In this document: positions 30,001 through 40,935 of the stretch, in pieces | How the letters are laid out: each line of letters starts with the position of its first letter | Position numbering within the stretch: the stretch's first letter is position 1 | DNA from: Auanema rhodensis | Lineage: Eukaryota > Animalia > Nematoda | Assembly (NCBI GenBank): GCA_964057225.1 | Contig: OZ059898.1 | Span: 17,608,001-17,672,000, forward strand | DNA: 64,000 bases | Direction: 5' to 3' | Notes under the pieces: model-generated | Seen by the model: only the letters and a program-made list of their open reading frames with translations | Told to the model about the DNA's origin: nothing | Database searches by the model: none | Program-made: the position numbers and the translations under genes

Positions 30001-33000
30001 AACATTGTCCATCGTCTTTGCCTTGAAAAAAGGAATCTAAAAACATCTACTTTTTGCTAAATTATTCTGAAATTTTTCGAAAAAATTTTTGTCAAAATGT
30101 TTTTGGAAGCAATGTTGAGTGTACATGGAAACTCAACATACACTAATGCATCATTTTTCAAACGATCATAACTAATTTTTGTATTAAGCGTTTCTCAATG
30201 TAGTATAGTGCATTCGATGCGGATTTTTAAGCTGCGTCGATCTGTGTTATCAGATTTGCGCTAGCTTAAAAATGCACCGAGATATCAACTGATATAAGTT
30301 CACACTTATATCCTCGATTTTCACCCTGAAGAAATAATTTTTTCGTTGAATAACATTGTCCATCGTCTTTGCCTTGAAAAAAGGAATCTAAAAACATCTA
30401 CTTTTTGCTAAATTATTTTGAAGTTTTTCGAAAAAATTTTTGTCAAAATGTTTTTGGAAGCAATGTTGAGTGTACATGGAAACTCAACATACACTAATGC
30501 ATCATTTTTCAAACGATCATAACTAATTTTTGTATTAAGCGTTTCTCAATGTAGTATAGTGCATTCTATGCGGATTTTTAAGCTGCGTCGATCTGTGTTA
30601 TCAGATTTGCGCTAGCTTAAAAATGCACCGAGATATCAACTGATATAAGTTCACACTTATATCCTCGATTTTCACCCTGAAGAAATAATTTTTTCGTTGA
30701 ATAACATTGTCCATCGTCTTTGCCTTGAAAAAAGGAATCTAAAAACATCTACTTTTTGCTAAATTATTTTGAAGTTTTTCGAAAAAATTTTTGTCAAAAT
30801 GTTTTTGGAAGCAATGTTGAGTGTACATGGAAACTCAACATACACTAATGCATCATTTTTCAAACGATCATAACTAATTTTTGTATTAAGCGTTTCTCAA
30901 TGTAGTATAGTGCATTCGATGCGGATTTTTAAGCTGCGTCGATCTGTGTTATCAGATTTGCGCTAGCTTAAAAATGCACCGAGATATCAACTGATATAAG
31001 TTCACACTTATATCCTCGATTTTCACCCTGAAGAATTAATTTTTTCGTTGAGTAACATTGTCCATCGTCTTTGCCTTGAAAAAAGGAATCTAAAAACATC
31101 TACTTTTTGCTAAATTATTCTGAAATTTTTCGAAAAAATTTTTGTCAAAATGTTTTTGGAAGCAATGTTGAGTGTACATGGAAACTCAACATACACTAAT
31201 GCATCATTTTTCGAACGATCATAACTAATTTTTGTATTAAGCGTTTCTCAATGTAGTATAGTGCATTTGATGCGGATTTTTAAGCTGCGTCGATCTGTGT
31301 TATCAGATTTGCGCTAGCTTAAAAATGCACCGAGATATCAACTGATATAAGTTCACACTTATATCCTCGATTTTCACCCTGAAGAATTAATTTTTTCGTT
31401 GAATAACATTGTCCATCGTCTTTGCCTTGAAAAAAGGAATCTAAAAACATTTACTTTTTGCTAAATTATTCTGAAATTTTTCGAAAAAATTTTTGTCAAA
31501 ATGTTTTTGGAAGCAATGTTGAGTGTACATGGAAACTCAACATACACTAATGCATCATTTTTCAAACGATCATAACTAATTTTTGTATTAAGCGTTTCTC
31601 AATGTAGTATAGTGCATTCGATGCGGATTTTTAAGCTGCGTCGATCTGTGTTATCAGATTTGCGCTAGCTTAAAAATGCACCGAGATATCAACTGATATA
31701 AGTTCACACTTATATCCTCGATTTTCACCCTGAAGAAATAATTTTTTCGTTGAATAACATTGTCCATCGTCTTTGCCTTGAAAAAAGGAATCTAAAAACA
31801 TCTACTTTTTGCTAAATTATTTTGAAGTTTTTCGAAAAAATTTTTGTCAAAATGTTTTTGGAAGCAATGTTGAGTGTACATGGAAACTCAACATACACTA
31901 ATGCATCATTTTTCAAACGATCATAACTAATTTTTGTATTAAGCGTATCTCAATGTAGTATAGTGCATTCGATGCGGATTTTTAAGCTGCGTCGATCTGT
32001 GTTATCAGATTTGCGCTAGCTTAAAAATGCACCGAGATATCAACTGATATAAGTTCACACTTATATCCTCGATTTTCACCCTGAAGAATTAATTTTTTCG
32101 TTGAGTAACATTGTCCATCGTCTTTGCCTTGAAAAAAGGAATCTAAAAACATCTACTTTTTGCTAAATTATTCTGAAATTTTTCGAAAAAATTTTTGTCA
32201 AAATGTTTTTGGAAGCAATGTTGAGTGTACATGGAAACTCAACATACACTAATGCATCATTTTTCGAACGATCATAACTAATTTTTGTATTAAGCGTTTC
32301 TCAATGTAGTATAGTGCATTTGATGCGGATTTTTAAGCTGCGTCGATCTGTGTTATCAGATTTGCGCTAGCTTAGAAATGCACCGAGATATCAACTGATA
32401 TAAGTTCACACTTATATCCTCGATTTTCACCCTGAAGAATTAATTTTTTCGTTGAATAACATTGTCCATCGTCTTTGCCTTGAAAAAAGGAATCTAAAAA
32501 CATTTACTTTTTGCTAAATTATTCTGAAATTTTTCGAAAAAATTTTTGTCAAAATGTTTTTGGAAGCAATGTTGAGTGTACATGGAAACTCAACATACAC
32601 TAATGCATCATTTTTCAAACGATCATAACTAATTTTTGTATTAAGCGTTTCTCAATGTAGTATAGTGCATTCGATGCGGATTTTTAAGCTGCGTCGATCT
32701 GTGTTATCAGATTTGCGCTAGCTTAAAAATGCACCGAGATATCAACTGATATAAGTTTACACTTATATCCTCGATTTTCACCCTGAAGAAATAATTTTTT
32801 CGTTGAATAACATTGTCCATCGTCTTTGCCTTGAAAAAAGGAATCTAAAAACATCTACTTTTTGCTAAATTATTTTGAAGTTTTTCGAAAAAATTTTTGT
32901 CAAAATGTTTTTGGAAGCAATGTTGAGTGTACATGGAAACTCAACATACACTAATGCATCATTTTTCAAACGATCATAACTAATTTTTGTATTAAGCGTA

Positions 33001-36000
33001 TCTCAATGTAGTATAGTGCATTCGATGCGGATTTTTAAGCTGCGTCGATCTGTGTTGTCAGATTTGCGCTAGCTTAAAAATGCACCGAGATATCAACTGA
33101 TATAAGTTCACACTTATATCCTCGATTTTCACCCTGAAGAATTAATTTTTTCGTTGAATAACATTGTCCATCGTCTTTGCCTTGAAAAAAGAAATCTAAA
33201 AACATCTACTTTTTGCTAAATTATTCTGAAATGTTTCGAAAAAATTTTTGTCAAAATGTTTTTGGAAGCAATGTTGAGTGTACATGGAAACTCAACATAC
33301 ACTAATGCATCATTTTTCAAACGATCATAACTAATTTTTGTATTAAGCGTATCTCAATGTAGTATAGTGCATTTGATGCGGATTTTTAAGCTGCGTCGAT
33401 CTGTGTTATCAGATTTGCGCTAGCTTAAAAATGCACCGAGATATCAACTGATATAAGTTCACACTTATATCCTCGATTTTCACCCTGAAGAATTAATTTT
33501 TTCGTTGAATAACATTGTCCATCGTCTTTGCCTTGAAAAAAGGAATCTAAAAACATTTACTTTTTGCTAAATTATTCTGAAATTTTTCGAAAAAATTTTT
33601 GTCAAAATGTTTTTGGAAGCAATGTTGAGTGTACATGGAAACTCAACATACACTAATGCATCATTTTTCAAACGATCATAACTAATTTTTGTATTAAGCG
33701 TTTCTCAATGTAGTATAGTGCATTCGATGCGGATTTTTAAGCTGCGTCGATCTGTGTTATCAGATTTGCGCTAGCTTAAAAATGCACCGAGATATCAACT
33801 GATATAAGTTCACACTTATATCCTCGATTTTCACCCTGAAGAAATAATTTTTTCGTTGAATAACATTGTCCATCGTCTTTGCCTTGAAAAAAGGAATCTA
33901 AAAACATCTACTTTTTGCTAAATTATTTTGAAGTTTTTCGAAAAAATTTTTGTCAAAATGTTTTTGGAAGCAATGTTGAGTGTACATGGAAACTCAACAT
34001 ACACTAATGCATCATTTTTCAAACGATCATAACTAATTTTTGTATTAAGCGTTTCTCAATGTAGTATAGTGCATTCTATGCGGATTTTTAAGCTGCGTCG
34101 ATCTGTGTTATCAGATTTGCGCTAGCTTAAAAATGCACCGAGATATCAACTGATATAAGTTCACACTTATATCCTCGATTTTCACCCTGAAGAATTAATT
34201 TTTTCGTTGAGTAACATTGTCCATCGTCTTTGCCTTGAAAAAAGGAATCTAAAAACATCTACTTTTTGCTAAATTATTCTGAAATTTTTCGAAAAAATTT
34301 TTGTCAAAATGTTTTTGGAAGCAATGTTGAGTGTACATGGAAACTCAACATACACTAATGCATCATTTTTCGAACGATCATAACTAATTTTTGTATTAAG
34401 CGTTTCTCAATGTAGTATAGTGCATTCGATGCGGATTTTTAAGCTGCGTCGATCTGTGTTATCAGATTTGCGCTAGCTTAAAATTGCACCGAGATATCAA
34501 CTGATATAAGTTCACACTTATATCCTCGATTTTCACCCTGAAGAATTAATTTTTTCGTTGAATAACATTGTCCATCGTCTTTGCCTTGAAAAAAGAAATC
34601 TAAAAACATCTACTTTTTGCTAAATTATTCTGAAATTTTTCGAAAAAATTTTTGTCAAAATGTTTTTGGAAGCAATGTTGAGTGTACATGGAAACTCAAC
34701 ATACACTAATGCATCATTTTTCAAACGATCATAACTAATTTTTGTATTAAGCGTATCTCAATGTAGTATAGTGCATTTGATGCGGATTTTTAAGCTGCGT
34801 CGATCTGTGTTATCAGATTTGCGCTAGCTTAAAAATGCACCGAGATATCAACTGATATAAGTTCATACTTATATCCTCGATTTTCACCCTGAAGAATTAA
34901 TTTTTTCGTTGAATAACATTGTCCATCGTCTTTGCCTTGAAAAAAGGAATCTAAAAACATCTACTTTTTGCTAAATTATTCTGAAATTTTTCGAAAAAAT
35001 TTTTGTCAAAATGTTTTTGGAAGCAATGTTGAGTGTACATGGAAACTCAACATACACTAATGCATCATTTTTCAAACGATCATAACTAATTTTTGTATTA
35101 AGCGTTTCTCAATGTAGTATAGTGCATTTGATGCGGATTTTTAAGCTGCGTCGATCTGTGTTGTCAGATTTGCGCTAGCTTAAAAATGCACCGAGATATC
35201 AACTGATATAAGTTCACACTTATATCCTCGATTTTCACCCTGAAGAAATAATTTTTTTGTTGAATAACATTGTCCATCTTCTTTGCCTTGAAAAAAGGAA
35301 TCTAAAAACATCTACTTTTTGCTAAATTATTTTGAAGTTTTTCGAAAAAATTTTTGTCAAAATGTTTTTGGAAGCAATGTTGAGTGTACATGGAAACTCA
35401 ACATACACTAATGCATCATTTTTCAAACGATCATAACTAATTTTTGTATTAAGCGTTTCTCAATGTAGTATAGTGCATTCGATGCGGATTTTTAAGCTGC
35501 GTCGATCTGTGTTGTCAGATTTGCGCTAGCTTAAAAATGCACCGAGATATCAACTGATATAAGTTCACACTTATATCCTCGATTTTCACCCTGAAGAATT
35601 AATTTTTTCGTTGAATAACATTGTCCATCGTCTTTGCCTTGAAAAAAGGAATCTAAAAACATCTACTTTTTGCTAAATTATTCTGAAATTTTTCGAAAAA
35701 ATTTTTGTCAAAATGTTTTTGGAAGCAATGTTGAGTGTACATGGAAACTCAACATACACTAATGCATCATTTTTTGAACGATCATAACTAATTTTTGTAT
35801 TAAGCGTTTCTCAATGTAGTATAGTGCATTCGATGCGGATTTTTAAGCTGCGTCGATCTGTGTTATCAGATTTGCGCTAGCTTAAAAATGCACCGAGATA
35901 TCAACTGATATAAGTTCACACTTATATCCTCGATTTTCACCCTGAAGAATTAATTTTTTCGTTGAATAACATTGTCCATCGTCTTTGCCTTGAAAAAAGA

Positions 36001-36658
36001 AATCTAAAAACATCTACTTTTTGCTAAATTATTCTGAAATTTTTCGAAAAAATTTTTGTCAAAATGTTTTTGGAAGCAATGTTGAGTGTACATGGAAACT
36101 CAACATACACTAATGCATCATTTTTCGAACGATCATAACTAATTTTTGTATTAAGCGTTTCTCAATGTAGTATAGTGCATTCGATGCGGATTTTTAAGCT
36201 GCGTCGATCTGTGTTATCAGATTTGCGCTAGCTTAAAAATGCACCGAGATATCAACTGATATAAGTTCACACTTATATCCTCGATTTTCACCCTGAAGAA
36301 ATAATTTTTTCGTTGAATAACATTGTCCATCTTCTTTGCCTTGAAAAAAGGAATCTAAAAACATCTACTTTTTGCTAAATTATTTTGAAGTTTTTCGAAA
36401 AAATTTTTGTCAAAATGTTTTTGGAAGCAATGTTGAGTGTACATGGAAACTCAACATACACTAATGCATCATTTTTCAAACGATCATAACTAATTTTTGT
36501 ATTAAGCGTATCTCAATGTAGTATAGTGCATTTGATGCGGATTTTTAAGCTGCGTCGATCTGTGTTATCAGATTTGCGCTAGCTTAAAAATGCACCGAGA
36601 TATCAACTGATATAAGTTCACACTTATATCCTCGATTTTCACCCTGAAGAATTAATTT
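1..36658. repeat. 351-bp tandem satellite array, left block (~104 monomers, no net indels)
   Basis: Monomer start AGCGT(A/T)TCTCAATG recurs at 1, 352, 3511, 7021, 14041, 21061, 28081 and 35101, all exactly 1+351n. Copies differ by a few recurrent SNPs. Confidence 0.99.
36651..36658 (+). repeat. 8-bp target site duplication ATTAATTT (partner 37916-37923; repeated at 39671-39678 and 40936-40943)
   Basis: Uninterrupted monomers read GAAGA-ATTAATTT-TTTCG. The insertion adds 1257+8 bp, which matches the downstream monomer phase (41141 = 1+110x351+2x1265). Confidence 0.95.
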
Positions 36659-36707
36659 GGCTCTAGTGCAGTTTTCCCCCCCCCGCCTAAGCCCCGCCCC
36701 TTTTGCC
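36659..36707 (+). repeat. Left terminal inverted repeat, copy 1
   Basis: GGCTCTAGTGCAGTTTTCCCCCCCCCGCCTAAGCCCCGCCCCTTTTGCC. The reverse complement of the right end reads GGTTCAAGTGCAGTTTTTCCCCCCCTGGCCCTAAGCCCCGCCCCTTTTGCC. Confidence 0.93.
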
Positions 36708-36845
36708 AAACGGTGCATACTTTTTGTCAACCTGTATAATTTTAAACCGGCGGGAGACATACCTTTCAGAACGGGGGGTTTGGGGGGATTCCCATTCTCG
36801 GTGTTTAGTTTTGATTTACTTTTGATTAAATTTAATTATAATATT

Positions 36846-36851
36846 TTTATT
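36846..36851 (-). promoter_or_regulatory. Putative polyadenylation signal AATAAA overlapping the tandem stop codons (TAA TAA) of the transposase
   Basis: Minus strand GAA TAA TAAAAAT. The context is AT-rich, so this may be chance. Confidence 0.4.
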
Positions 36852-37777
36852 ATTCACGGTTATTAATATCATTCATAAAATCATTAATATCACATAACAT
36901 ATTTTCAAAAAGGTCTGAATTTATGTGTCTACGGCGCCACATAAATTCACACAAATAACCATCTAACATGTGAGTCTGTACCCCCCATAAACGCTTAAAT
37001 TTGGCTTTCGCAATGTTCCAAACTCCCTCTATAGTATTAGTATGAGCTGCGGTTTCGGGGTCAACAAAATTATATGAATGGTTAACCGTCAGATGGGTGT
37101 ATTGCTTGTTTAAAGATTCTAATCCCCCATAAGCGCGCCAGCAGTCTGATATTATAGTACTTCCAGGATTTATTGAGAACTCAATACATTCCTGGAGAGT
37201 AGCTCTACTTCTATCAGGCACTGCATACAAAAAACATTCCTTTGTCTCACGACATATCCCCCCAAACACCCATTGCTCTGGCTTAACCCTACCAACATTA
37301 TATTTACGCTTAGATACAAGGGTCTCATCTATCTCTACAGTCATATTAGGGCCCCCTATTTTAACTGGATTTTTTAAAAGGGAGTGGGCACAGACCTCAC
37401 GTAAAAAATTATTATAGTCTACTACAGTATGATTGGATCCTATTCCCAGCTCATCTTTGCAAAATTGAACTGTAGTATACTCCTTTGTCCAACAGTAGAT
37501 GAAGAGTATGAAGTTAGCATACGATAAGTGAGAACCTATTTAATTTTAATTATTTACATCTTAAATGTGAAGCTATACCTTCTAAAAATGTTCTTTTTTT
37601 TAATTGCTGTTCTTTCCTACAGCTTTTTTTGGGGCATCTCCACCGTTCACGCTCTATTGAGAGCTTCATTTCAGATTGGCAGAGGCTACAGATCATAGCA
37701 TCTGGTAACAACCCCTTTTCTTGCAAAAATCGAATTGCATTTTCTTTAGTTGCAACTTTATCTCTTAGAGCGAACAT
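36850..37777 (-). CDS. Merlin/IS1595-type DDE transposase, two exons (37777-37579 + 37535-36850), 294 aa
   Basis: Exon 1 encodes a putative Zn finger (CSLC...WRCPKKSC) up to RTFLEG. After a 43-nt GT..AG intron the frame continues without stops: (G)SHLSYANFILFIYCWTKEYTTVQFCKDELGIGSNHTVVDYNNFLREVCAHSLLKNPVKIGGPN, then into the 164-aa ORF MTVEIDE. 199+686=885 nt = 294 aa + stop. Putative catalytic D (EIDE), D (ISDCW) and E (TIEG). Confidence 0.9.
37536..37578 (-). other. Predicted 43-nt spliceosomal intron (phase 1) in transposase copy 1
   Basis: Minus strand GAAG|GTATAGCT...TAAAATTAAATAG|GTTCT. It is AT-rich, contains the in-frame stop, and its removal restores one continuous frame. Confidence 0.85.
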
Positions 37778-37864
37778 GCTGTCAGATTGACTTCGAGATA
37801 TCGATTGTTTTTTATTTGATATTTATTATAATTTTTTTAATTTTTAAGCAACTGTGTGCTTTTC

Positions 37865-37915
37865 GGCAAAAGGGGCGGGGCTTAGGGCCAGGGGGGGAAA
37901 AACTGCACTTGAACC
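37865..37915 (-). repeat. Right terminal inverted repeat, copy 1
   Basis: Imperfect inverted match to 36659-36707. Confidence 0.93.
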
Positions 37916-39678
37916 ATTAATTTTTTCGTTGAATAACATTGTCCATCGTCTTTGCCTTGAAAAAAGGAATCTAAAAACATCTACTTTTTGCTAAATTATT
38001 CTGAAATTTTTCGAAAAAATTTTTGTCAAAATGTTTTTGGAAGCAATGTTGAGTGTACATGGAAACTCAACATACACTAATGCATCATTTTTCAAACGAT
38101 CATAACTAATTTTTGTATTAAGCGTTTCTCCATGTAGTATAGTGCATTTGATGCGGATTTTTAAGCTGCGTCGATCTGTGTTATCAGATTTGCGCTAGCT
38201 TAAAAATGCACCGAGATATCAACTGATATAAGTTCACACTTATATCCTCGATTTTCACCCTGAAGAAATAATTTTTTTGTTGAATAACATTGTCCATCTT
38301 CTTTGCCTTGAAAAAAGGAATCTAAAAACATCTACTTTTTGCTAAATTATTTTGAAGTTTTTCGAAAAAATTTTTGTCAAAATGTTTTTGGAAGCAATGT
38401 TGAGTGTACATGGAAACTCAACATACACTAATGCATCATTTTTCAAACGATCATAACTAATTTTTGTATTAAGCGTTTCTCAATGTAGTATAGTGCATTC
38501 GATGCGGATTTTTAAGCTGCGTCGATCTGTGTTGTCAGATTTGCGCTAGCTTAAAAATGCACCGAGATATCAACTGATATAAGTTCACACTTATATCCTC
38601 GATTTTCACCCTGAAGAATTAATTTTTTCGTTGAATAACATTGTCCATCGTCTTTGCCTTGAAAAAAGGAATCTAAAAACATCTACTTTTTGCTAAATTA
38701 TTCTGAAATTTTTCGAAAAAATTTTTGTCAAAATGTTTTTGGAAGCAATGTTGAGTGTACATGGAAACTCAACATACACTAATGCATCATTTTTTGAACG
38801 ATCATAACTAATTTTTGTATTAAGCGTTTCTCAATGTAGTATAGTGCATTCGATGCGGATTTTTAAGCTGCGTCGATCTGTGTTATCAGATTTGCGCTAG
38901 CTTAAAAATGCACCGAGATATCAACTGATATAAGTTCACACTTATATCCTCGATTTTCACCCTGAAGAATTAATTTTTTCGTTGAATAACATTGTCCATC
39001 GTCTTTGCCTTGAAAAAAGAAATCTAAAAACATCTACTTTTTGCTAAATTATTCTGAAATTTTTCGAAAAAATTTTTGTCAAAATGTTTTTGGAAGCAAT
39101 GTTGAGTGTACATGGAAACTCAACATACACTAATGCATCATTTTTCGAACGATCATAACTAATTTTTGTATTAAGCGTTTCTCAATGTAGTATAGTGCAT
39201 TCGATGCGGATTTTTAAGCTGCGTCGATCTGTGTTATCAGATTTGCGCTAGCTTAAAAATGCACCGAGATATCAACTGATATAAGTTCACACTTATATCC
39301 TCGATTTTCACCCTGAAGAAATAATTTTTTCGTTGAATAACATTGTCCATCTTCTTTGCCTTGAAAAAAGGAATCTAAAAACATCTACTTTTTGCTAAAT
39401 TATTTTGAAGTTTTTCGAAAAAATTTTTGTCAAAATGTTTTTGGAAGCAATGTTGAGTGTACATGGAAACTCAACATACACTAATGCATCATTTTTCAAA
39501 CGATCATAACTAATTTTTGTATTAAGCGTATCTCAATGTAGTATAGTGCATTTGATGCGGATTTTTAAGCTGCGTCGATCTGTGTTATCAGATTTGCGCT
39601 AGCTTAAAAATGCACCGAGATATCAACTGATATAAGTTCACACTTATATCCTCGATTTTCACCCTGAAGAATTAATTT
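37916..39678. repeat. 351-bp satellite, five monomer-lengths between the two transposon copies
   Basis: 1763 bp = 5x351 + 8-bp TSD; same monomer and same orientation as the flanks. Confidence 0.98.
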
Positions 39679-39727
39679 GGCTCTAGTGCAGTTTTCCCCC
39701 CCCCGCCTAAGCCCCGCCCCTTTTGCC
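39679..39727 (+). repeat. Left TIR, copy 2
   Basis: Same as the copy 1 left TIR. Confidence 0.93.
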
Positions 39728-39869
39728 AAACGGTGCATACTTTTTGTCAACCTGTATAATTTTAAACCGGCGGGAGACATACCTTTCAGAACGGGGGGTT
39801 TGGGGGGATTCCCATTCTCGGTGTTTAGTTTTGATTTACTTTTGATTAAATTTAATTATAATATTTTTA

Positions 39870-40797
39870 TTATTCACGGTTATTAATATCATTCATAAAA
39901 TCATTAATATCACATAACATATTTTCAAAAAGGTCTGAATTTATGTGTCTACGGCGCCACATAAATTCACACAAATAACCATCTAACATGTGAGTCTGTA
40001 CCCCCCATAAACGCTTAAATTTGGCTTTCGCAATGTTCCAAACTCCCTCTATAGTATTAGTATGAGCTGCGGTTTCGGGGTCAACAAAATTATATGAATG
40101 GTTAACCGTCAGATGGGTGTATTGCTTGTTTAAAGATTCTAATCCCCCATAAGCGCGCCAGCAGTCTGATATTATAGTACTTCCAGGATTTATTGAGAAC
40201 TCAATACATTCCTGGAGAGTAGCTCTACTTCTATCAGGCACTGCATACAAAAAACATTCCTTTGTCTCACGACATATCCCCCCAAACACCCATTGCTCTG
40301 GCTTAACCCTACCAACATTATATTTACGCTTAGATACAAGGGTCTCATCTATCTCTACAGTCATATTAGGGCCCCCTATTTTAACTGGATTTTTTAAAAG
40401 GGAGTGGGCACAGACCTCACGTAAAAAATTATTATAGTCTACTACAGTATGATTGGATCCTATTCCCAGCTCATCTTTGCAAAATTGAACTGTAGTATAC
40501 TCCTTTGTCCAACAGTAGATGAAGAGTATGAAGTTAGCATACGATAAGTGAGAACCTATTTAATTTTAATTATTTACATCTTAAATGTGAAGCTATACCT
40601 TCTAAAAATGTTCTTTTTTTTAATTGCTGTTCTTTCCTACAGCTTTTTTTGGGGCATCTCCACCGTTCACGCTCTATTGAGAGCTTCATTTCAGATTGGC
40701 AGAGGCTACAGATCATAGCATCTGGTAACAACCCCTTTTCTTGCAAAAATCGAATTGCATTTTCTTTAGTTGCAACTTTATCTCTTAGAGCGAACAT
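39870..40797 (-). CDS. Merlin/IS1595-type DDE transposase, copy 2, two exons (40797-40599 + 40555-39870), 294 aa
   Basis: Same sequence as copy 1 at +3020; identical ORF translations. Confidence 0.9.
40556..40598 (-). other. Predicted 43-nt intron in transposase copy 2
   Basis: Identical to the copy 1 intron. Confidence 0.85.
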
Positions 40798-40884
40798 GCT
40801 GTCAGATTGACTTCGAGATATCGATTGTTTTTTATTTGATATTTATTATAATTTTTTTAATTTTTAAGCAACTGTGTGCTTTTC

Positions 40885-40935
40885 GGCAAAAGGGGCGGGG
40901 CTTAGGGCCGGGGGGGGAAAAACTGCACTTGAACC
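40885..40935 (-). repeat. Right TIR, copy 2
   Basis: Same as the copy 1 right TIR except G at 40910. Confidence 0.93.

Larger units (their letters stand above)
36659..37915 (-). mobile_element. Merlin-superfamily (IS1595/IS1016-like) DNA transposon, copy 1, 1257 bp, apparently autonomous
   Basis: GG...CC termini, ~50-bp imperfect TIRs and an 8-bp TSD ATTAATTT (36651-36658 / 37916-37923). It encodes a DDE transposase with Merlin/ISXO2-type motifs IGGPNMTVEIDE, KRKYNVGR, WVFGGI, IISDCWRAY, TVNHSYNFVDP and HTNTIEGVW. Confidence 0.95.
39679..40935 (-). mobile_element. Merlin-superfamily DNA transposon, copy 2 (part of the 3020-bp tandem duplication)
   Basis: Matches copy 1 at offset 3020; the only difference noticed is A37890 vs G40910 in the right TIR. 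Same TSD at 39671-39678 / 40936-40943. Confidence 0.95.

Noticed and set aside
36657-36866. 69-aa plus-strand ORF (also 39677-39886)
   Set aside because: It has a TTG start spanning the TSD/TIR junction and reads through the TIR and the antisense 3' UTR; chance ORF.
37882-37887. Telomeric TTAGGG in the TIR
   Set aside because: Single hexamer, not repeated, and not conserved in the left TIR.
36659-37915. Bacterial IS1595 element or frameshifted pseudogene
   Set aside because: The break is cleanly explained by a GT-AG intron and the context is eukaryotic satellite, so a eukaryotic Merlin element fits better.
39679-40935. Independent site-specific second insertion
   Set aside because: Rare variants in the flanking monomers are co-duplicated at +3020, indicating segmental tandem duplication.
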